DNA of 64,000 nt from a virus. The notes beneath the pieces are model-generated. The model did not search any database. It was not told where the DNA came from and worked only from the letters and a program-made list of their open reading frames with translations. This document shows, piece by piece, positions 42,401 through 51,400 of the stretch. The DNA lies in the IMG/VR virus record IMGVR_UViG_3300034101_003866, positions 86,249-150,248 of that record. One strand, written 5' to 3'. The translations under genes were made by a program, and so were the position numbers. Numbering within the stretch: position 1 is the first letter of the stretch; every line of letters begins with the position of its first letter.

Positions 42401-45400
42401 TATTAGCTTGAGCCCTAGCTTCAAAATCGGGCTTAGCTTGTTCAGCAGCCATTCTTTCAGTCCAATTAACTCCATCTTTATGAAACTCCATACCTGATCC
42501 TGGACCATATCCTATTGCTTCTTCCGGAATACCAGCCGCTCTATATGCGTCATTTACCGCATTACTAGCCATTCTGCCCATATTAGTAGAATTAGGTTTA
42601 TTTTCCACCAGATCCAAATCGTTAATGATGCTACGATCTGTTGTGGCCGAAGAGTCCCCCATATTTGCCTGAACAGCATATCCTTGATTTCTATTCATAT
42701 CTATCTGACCAAGGCGTTGTTTTTCTTCTGGGGTGCTATATCTTTCTCTTCTGTCTCTCATCGTTCCGCTATGGTCTATTCTAGCATTCATAGCTATCTG
42801 AGTTTCTTTCCAAGTATCCTTATAATTACCAGGATTATATGAGTAATCAGTTATAACACTATTAACTCCTTCTTTTTCTTTATCTATCAGTTCCTGTTTC
42901 TGCTTATCGTCAAGTTGATCCCAAGCACCACCTACTCTGCCCGTAACCATATCGGTATTATTTTCTAATCTTCTTCTTGCTCTGGATTCAGCATAATCGG
43001 CCACGTAAGCATTTTTGTCTTCATCTGTTGACCAATTGCCAGATACAGAATCTAAGGTAGATGCCACAAAATTCCTGGTCCCAGCATTAATTTCAGCATC
43101 CACTAATTCTCTACCAGTTGCTTCATCAGATGCTCTTTCCTTACTATCTGAACTATTATATGATCTAGTTCTAGACTCTATATTTCTATTTATCTGTGTT
43201 GCTTCCTCTCTTTCAGCATCTAATTTACCCTGTACATCTGCTCTGGTTCTGGGTTTGGCTACTTTTCCTCCATCTGCTAAATAAACTACTCCGCCCTTAC
43301 TATAATTCCCACTATTAATAGCTTTCAATAATGGCAAGTGTTCTGCTGTTGATCTTGCATTAATAACAAACTCGCCCGGAGTTAACATGGCAGGAACAGT
43401 GTCGGTTCCTTGTGGTTGGAAATTTACTAATTGACCTTCACTAGCATAAATTAATCCTCCACGAGCCTTCGGAGGAGCAACTGGAGCAGCAACAGCTACT
43501 CCCGGATTAACTACTTTCTGTCCAGCAGCATTAACTCTACCCTCATTCATATCATTATTAAGCATACTAGCTTCAATAGTTGTTCTAAGATCATCTATAC
43601 TAACTTTAAGGTTAGCATTTGCTGATACTAGAGCCTGCTGAGATTCTAATAGAGCCAATTCTCCTTGTGCCTTAGTAGCATCAGCTTGTAATCCAACAGA
43701 CTGTAAATATTTGCTAGAAGCTTCTTTCATTGCGGGATCAGCATTAGGATCTTCCATAGCGGCTATTGATTGTCTAACAAGCGGATTATTCATCATTCCG
43801 CTCTCTATCGCCATACTCTTTGTTAATTGTATTTGTTGTTGTTTGAAATAGTCAGCAACAGCTTGATCGGCGCTTACTCCTGGCTTTCCTTTGCCTTGAG
43901 CATATTGATTTCTTATATTTAATTCTTGAGCAGCTCGTACTCCAGGATCTTGTGATAAGGCCAAAGTTTCTTTTCTTTGATTGGCTAATACTGTATTACC
44001 AGCCTTGGTGGCTTCTCTTACACTTCCTGTTTCTCTTAATGTTTGATTAAATGCTTTACGAGCATCTCTTTGATTACTGGCATTGTTTAATCCTCCAGAA
44101 AGATTTCGTTGAAGTCTTATGAATGTTTTATTAAGTTTATCAGCTTCTTCTGGGGTGTTAGTTAATAGCTGATTAACAAAACTTTCTCTATTCTTCTGAA
44201 GCTCTCTAACATTCTTTAAATTGTCAAATGCTTTTTCTACTAATTCTGTACTAGTAGCTAATGTATCTAAAGCTTCTCTGGTATCTCTTAGTTGATCATC
44301 TAATGATCTTAGTTGTTCAGCAGACTTTTTAAGCTCATTAGGATCACTAATACCCTGTCTTTTTTCTTCTACAGCCGTTCTCTGTGCTTGTAAACCAACC
44401 ATTCTATTCTGAATGCCGCGAACAGTCGTTTCTCCACCAGCTAATTTGGACACATCCCCCATAACTCTTGCTTGTTTCTCATCATAAGTTTCACCAACGC
44501 CCGTCATAACCTCTCTAAGATTCATATCTCCTTGAACTCTAATATCTCTAGCTTTCTTAAAATAGTTCTGAGCATCTTTTGCTGCTTTACTAGCATCCTT
44601 AAGACCTTCAGAGAAATCGGCTAATGCCCCTTGTTTAAACGATGATAGGGCCTTTACTGCTTCAAGCGTTTTGACTCCAAAAGCCCCAAGAATATTATCA
44701 GACTCTCCTAATCCTTCCCTAAAAGCATCTAATTCTGCTTGAGGCGTATCATTTTTTTTCTTAGCTTCTTCTGCTAAATTATTTATTCTTGTTTCTGCTT
44801 GTTTTTTAAGACTTGTCTTTTGTTCATCTGATAAGTTTGTTTTATCTATTTTTTCATTAGTAATTTTAATAGCCTCTGCCTTGGCTTCGTCAACTCCCAA
44901 ACTTCCCTTGGTACTTAATTTATCTGCTATACTTTTTGTTATAGCATTAGGTAATTGTTGTTGTAATTGCGCTCCTCCTATTAACTGATTTCTAGTTTTT
45001 TCATCAACTCCTGCTGTAGCTGATTTTAGAGCATCATTAAAGTCTTGTTCAGAATAGGCGTTTGGATTTTCAAGAACATTTAATTCTCTTAGCTTTGGAC
45101 CACTATCTTCTGATTGTCCTCTTAATGCTGATCTGCTTTTTTCTGCCGATGATTTTCTAACATCCGATTCGAATTTTATTCTATTAACAGATTCACTAAC
45201 AATACTTGATAATTTTTCAAAACTAGCTGCTAGTTTTCTACCAGCTTTATCCGCCGCCTCTAAAGCATCAGACATCTGTTTTGTCTTTATTGCAGATTGG
45301 ACTTGAACATTGGTCAGTATTTTTTCATTAGCAACTTCATCTAATATAGCATCTTGTCTTTGTTGTGAAACCTTATCATATCCACCTTCTGATATTATTC

Positions 45401-48400
45401 TTGCTCTAACCGTTTTAAGAGCATCTTCATCTGCTAATACTAATGCTCTTCTAGCCCCAATTAATTCTTTATCTGCTTGTATAGATTCTACACTAGCTCC
45501 AGTATTAATTTTTTGTGATATTAAAGCAAATGCCTTATCCCCACTATCAGCATTTCTTTCTGCTTGTTTACTAGCTAGTTCATTAACATCCTGAACATCC
45601 ATCTTCGGCTTTTCTGCTCCGGATAGAAACTGTGTCCATGTTCTAGTTAGGCCCTTTTCGTTTTCAGCAACTTTAGTTTCAGCAGCTACTGCTTTGAGTG
45701 AAGATTCTGATGATCTAACAAGAGCCTTATCTAAAGCCTTTTGTAAATCTATATTACCAAGATCTTTCTCAAAATCCTTGAAAGCCTTAGCTAAATCTTT
45801 TTCAGAAGCTGCCACTTCTTCAAATCGTAAATTCTTTTCCATTTCTAGAGCAGCAGTTTTTTGCGCTCCAGTAAAATCAAAGGCAGCATCAGCACCGGCA
45901 TATAAAGCTGTACCTATAGCAACAGCAGCGCCTAGGTAGGGATTGATCGCCATTAACTGAGAGGCAGTAGTTAAACCAGTTGCTAGTGTTGAGCCAGTTT
46001 TTTCTATGGCCGCACCAGTTTTGGCAGCTCCTACTTTGCCTGCGTCTGTTGAGGTATCATACATTAGATTTGCAATATTTTTTCCTTGTCCACCCACTAA
46101 ACCAGCAGCCATTCCAACGTCTCCCAAAGCTGTTCCAACGCCTTGAGACGCTGTACCTGAGAAATACCTTCCTTGGATGGCCTTTATAATAGGACTGTTT
46201 CTAATATCAGTTAAACCAGCGGCCCCAACTCCTTTTTCTCCCTGCTCTTTGGCCATCTCATTAATCATTTCTCTTCTTTTACTAACTTCTTCCTTAGCAA
46301 GAGCAAGTGCTTCTGATGCTGATTTGACTGAGACACCTCTAACAGTTCCAGCATTCTTATACTCTTCTAATCTCATTGCAATAAGCTGCTTGTCCATCTG
46401 AGCTAATGTTTTACGATCAGTCATAGATTGAGAAACATAACTTTGAATATCAGCTCCACCAATGCCCATACCTGAAAGTTCTGATCTTTTAATTCCAGTA
46501 ACTTTTTCTGTGGCTGATGCGAATGCCTGCTCTTTAATTTGTCTTTGTTCTTTTTCTAATCTTCTATTAGTTCTTCGTTCTAGTTTATCTTTGTCTCCTA
46601 ATAATGATGGATCTTTTTTGATTAAATCTTTTTCTATTTGTGATTTTCTTTGCGCTGTAATTAATTTTTCTTTTTTCTCGGCTTCTGTTAAAATAGCTTG
46701 CTGGGCACCACCCGAACCAAGAACTTTACCTGTTTTTGATTCTTTTAATCCTGCTTCTAAAAATTGTCGTTTTACTACTGCTGTTTTAGCTTGATCTCTA
46801 ACGGCTTTTAGGGCTTTTTCTGCTGCTATTATAGTGTCTATTGATGCTCCGGTAATCTTGAGTCTTTCAACATCCTTAGTCATTGCCCTTTCAATATCTT
46901 TATAAGATATGTCGGCTCCTGCCCCCACTTGCTCAAGAATTTTCTTAAAGCTTATCATGCTATAACCAGCTTCTTCAAAACCTTGTGCTAATAATTTAAC
47001 GTTATTAAATAGTTCAGATGAAGCTTCTAAGCTTTTACTATCAATAGTTTCTGGTCTAGTTTTTAATTTTTGAACTGCTGGTTCAGCAAGACCTTTTAAT
47101 CCTTGCATTATTGCTTCAATACTAAAAACACTACCACCAGTAGCAAATCTTTGAATTACTCCTCCACCAACTACTCCGCCTTTATTATAACCCTGTATTT
47201 TATCTGCTTTATTTAGTTTTTCTAACTTACCATATCCAATATTTTGAGCAGCTTTTTTATTAATTACAAATTCGCCAGGAGTTAATAATGCAGGAACAGT
47301 GTCTTGAGATGATATTCCTGCTTGTCCTCCGTTGGCAAAAGTTTCGATATTGGTTGGTTTTAAAGGATTAGAACCAGTATACTTTAATGCTAATCCTAGT
47401 GGACGTTTAAATAATTCACTTTCAAATGAATTTATTAATTCGGGATCTCCACTTTGGAGTCTATTCATTATTTGACCAAGAATCTCACCTTCTCTTATGT
47501 TAGAATCTCCACCAGCATATAGTGCTTTTCTTGAGCCTTCTGCTGATTGTACTTTTATACCTGCTGACATTACTCCCTTAGATGCATCTTTTGCTATAAC
47601 ATCTCTAATTCCGGCCAATCCCTTTTCTTTATCAGGAGCTGCCTTATCTTTTATCTTATCAAAATTATCATAAAGCCATTGTGTAACAAGATTCTTTTGA
47701 AGTTCATAGTCTAGGTCATAAGTTTTTGGATCTAAAATTTCATCAAAACTTAATACCATTGGTTTGCCTGATGTATCACCACTAGTAACTGTAAATCCGC
47801 TTCCTCCTCCAACTCTCATTTTGGCTTGTTGTTCAGCTTTGTTCTTTTCTGTATATAGATAGAATCCAGCACCTTGACCATATCCAGTAGCAATATTACT
47901 TAATGCTCCCTTTTCTTTAAAGCTTTTTAGCACACTATCATCAACACCAGTGTTGCTTCCATGATATAGTTTAGTCTTTCCTCCATCAGCAAACTGTTGT
48001 ACTTTCATACCCTCAATATGTCTAATATCACCACCCAATAGTTTATCTTCTTGATCTTTACTGATTATTCTATCAATATCGTCAATTCTGAATTTTGAAG
48101 TTGGTGGCAGAATAAATTCTTTTTCTATTCTTGTCGCTGATCGACTTCTACTTAAATAATCTGCTCCGCTTTTGCCAGAAACAGGATCGATGTATTTTGA
48201 TAAAGCTTTTATAACATCATCTTCTGTAGAAGTATCAAATATTGTCTTGTCAACATCAATAGATGGAATATTTTTATTTCTAAAGATACTCAACATTGCA
48301 CTAGAGCCATTTTCTGGCTGAAATACAGCAGCGGTATCTGGAGATTCACTAGTAGATAATAATGATCCATTTAAATTAAAGCTTTTACCAATAGCATCAG

Positions 48401-51400
48401 GAATATCTTTATTAGAACTTAATGGATTACCTATCTGAGTTAAGATGGTTTTTAATTTACCTCCAGCAACAGTAGAATATAGTTTACCAGAACGCTTTGA
48501 GCCACTCATTGATTCTTTACTATTAAACATTTCCAATAAATCTTTTGCAGCATTCTTTGTAGCGTCATACGCTTTGGGCGGATCAGCATGGAAAGTTTTA
48601 AGATATTCCATGAAAGAATCATTATCTTCTAAATACCTATTTATAAATTCACTATCAGTTCCACCACCAGGAAATGGTCCTGTTCTGTATTTGGCTAATG
48701 AGACTAGTTGTTGTGGGGAATATACTTCTCCACCATCAACATATCTTTTCATCGGTCTAAGCCCAGGATCTGGTTCACCTTTTAGCATTTCAGCAAGAAT
48801 TTGCTGTCGAGGTGTTGGATCTGATAATGTTTCTGGAGCTAATAATGAAGAGAAGTCTGTTTTAACGCCAGATAGGGCCGCTTTGCGTGCTCGTCTTTTT
48901 TCTAGCATCTCCTTGAATTCTTCAAGATTTAGACCAAAGGTTTTTGCATCTCTCGCCAAACTATTAAACTCTAAAGCACTGAATCCACTACCTTGTTCTA
49001 GAGAAAAATAGTCTACTTTAGATTTTGGAATGTCAAATGGAGATGGACCAATAGGTTCTTTTGAGAAAGTAAACCTTCTAGATGCTTTACCTCCACGAGC
49101 CAATTTTTGTGGTTGTTCTAATTCTTTTGGTTCGGGAATACTGTATTGTTGTCTAAAATATTTTTGAAATTCTTCAACAGCCTTGCCTCTACTATTACTA
49201 TCTATTGTTCTTTTAACTTCTGTTGGAATATCAGGATCGATACCAAATATTTTTGCTGCTTTAGATCCAATACCCATTGGAAAGTCAATCGGACGAGTTC
49301 TTAAAGCATCGTCTAATATTGTAGCATCTGCTGATCCAAAAATTTGTTCTAGTAAAGCGCCTTCAATATTACCCTGACCTAATGTTTCTCTTTGTTTTTT
49401 GGTTAATTTCTTTGCAGATATTCCAAGAAGTTTGGCTGCTCCACCTACAATTTCTTCTGTTTGACCACTAAGATAATCAATGACATTTTGATATTGTGTT
49501 GGTAATCCTCTTTGAACTATTGATGCGTCTATTGATCTTTCTTGGCCAGACGGATCGACTCCAAGATTCCAAGTCTCTGGACCTAATAATCCAGTATATC
49601 CTAGCGGATTTAAGCCAACTAATCCTAATTGTTTAGACGATAATACGGCATTAGTTGTTTCTGCTAGTGCTGTGGCCTTTTGAGTTCCTTGTGATTCATT
49701 AAATTTATCTATTAGATAGTCTCTTGTTGCAATATAGTAGGCGAGCTTGTCTGCTTTTGTTTCTGGTCTAAAGGCAGAATTCCAATATTTTAATTTTCCA
49801 CCATCAGCAGTATCTCGTACTGTTTTTCCTGAGAATGGACCAAAACTTGGATCGTTTGGTAGTCTTTCTGTTCCAAATCTTTTTAGAATCTCTGATCCTT
49901 GTGCTGGTAATATTCCAGAAGACTTTTTGACCTGCGTGGCCTTTTCTACATTTTTTAGTATCGCCTCTTCTAGTCCAGAAGGCATCTCTGTTGGAACTCC
50001 ACCAAACTCACCAGCCATCTGTTCTGAAATTTGTGCTGATATGGCCTCTCTGGTTATGTCTGATGGTTGCGCAGATACAGGGGATTTTCTTGATGGGTCT
50101 AACCCATAAGTTTCTGGATATTTCGCAGATAGAGCGCTTATTATATTAAATGCTCTATAGCCAAATGCTCCTTTAGATACTCGATCTCTTTTGTCTCTTA
50201 TCTGCTTAACTTGCTCAGCTATTTCTGGATAATTTTTCTTTAGATCAGCACTAACATTACCATATGGACCACCAGGAGCATTTGATAATATTTCTGCAAC
50301 CTCAGCATTGGATCGTACTTTATCTTGATCAACAAACTTTTGTATTTCTTCGATGAGCATAGGAACCATAGTGCTACGATTACGTAATTGTGCTCTATTG
50401 CCCATTAATATTGATGCTATATCAGGATTCATTAAACTAGTAAGTGTTTTATCATCACCATTGAATAATGCGTCTCTAACTGCAGTAGCACTAATATCTT
50501 CTATTCTGGGAATATCTGTAACATCTATTCCTGCTCTTTGGTATTTGCCTAATGTTTTATCGTCTTTACCAGAAGTTATTGCCATGGCGCCTTTTAATCT
50601 GGCGAATTTTCTTCTATCTCCAGCATCAGTAACTTCCATAAATTTTGGTAAACCACCAGCAGTCTGGCTTTGAGTGCTAATCATGGCATTTCCAAAATTC
50701 ATTTGGCTGAATAAGGTTCTTATATCTGATGGGAAAATACCATATCGTGCAGCGTGGTCTATACCTTCTTTACCAACAATCATTGGAAGATCAGGAGCAA
50801 CACTAACAAGAATATCTTCTAAAGAAGAGTTTGGGTTTTTTGCTAACATGTTTTCTAATAAAGTATCTAACGCTCCTCTATGGCCTCTTGTTGGTGGGGC
50901 AAAACCACCCATATAAAATCCACCAGCCTGAACTATTTCTGGTAGTTCGCTTTCTCTTTTACGTCTTAAACCGAAACTATCTTTTTTTCTTCCTAATACT
51001 GTGGCTCTTTTGCCAAGTTCATCTCGTAATATGGTTTCTTCCAGACCAAAATCAATATCAGCTGCTCTTGTGGTTCCTGGTTTACGACCATACAATCCTT
51101 CTCCTGTAATATCTCTGCTCTCTCTATTTGACCTAACTCTATCTTGTTCCTCTCTGCTATTAGAGCTTAATACATATGCTCTATCAACATCTTTTAAATA
51201 AGCATCTAATTTAGTCTGACTAGCTGTAGATGTTAATACTATAACCTCATTAACTTTGTTTATATCTTCAGGCGTTAATATTTGAGAGCGAATTGTTTTT
51301 CTTAAAGTAGCATCATCATTAGCTCCCTTTCCGGTTGCTAAACTGCTTTTTCCACTTCCAGCAGCTCCAGCAATAGCTCTAAACCTAGATAGCGATCCAC

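Noticed and set aside
50900-50930. QAGG and FYMGG as additional cargo-boundary motifs
   Set aside because: They form the first strand and GGF..PT.GH loop of the nucleotidyltransferase itself; this shows the short motif can occur by chance
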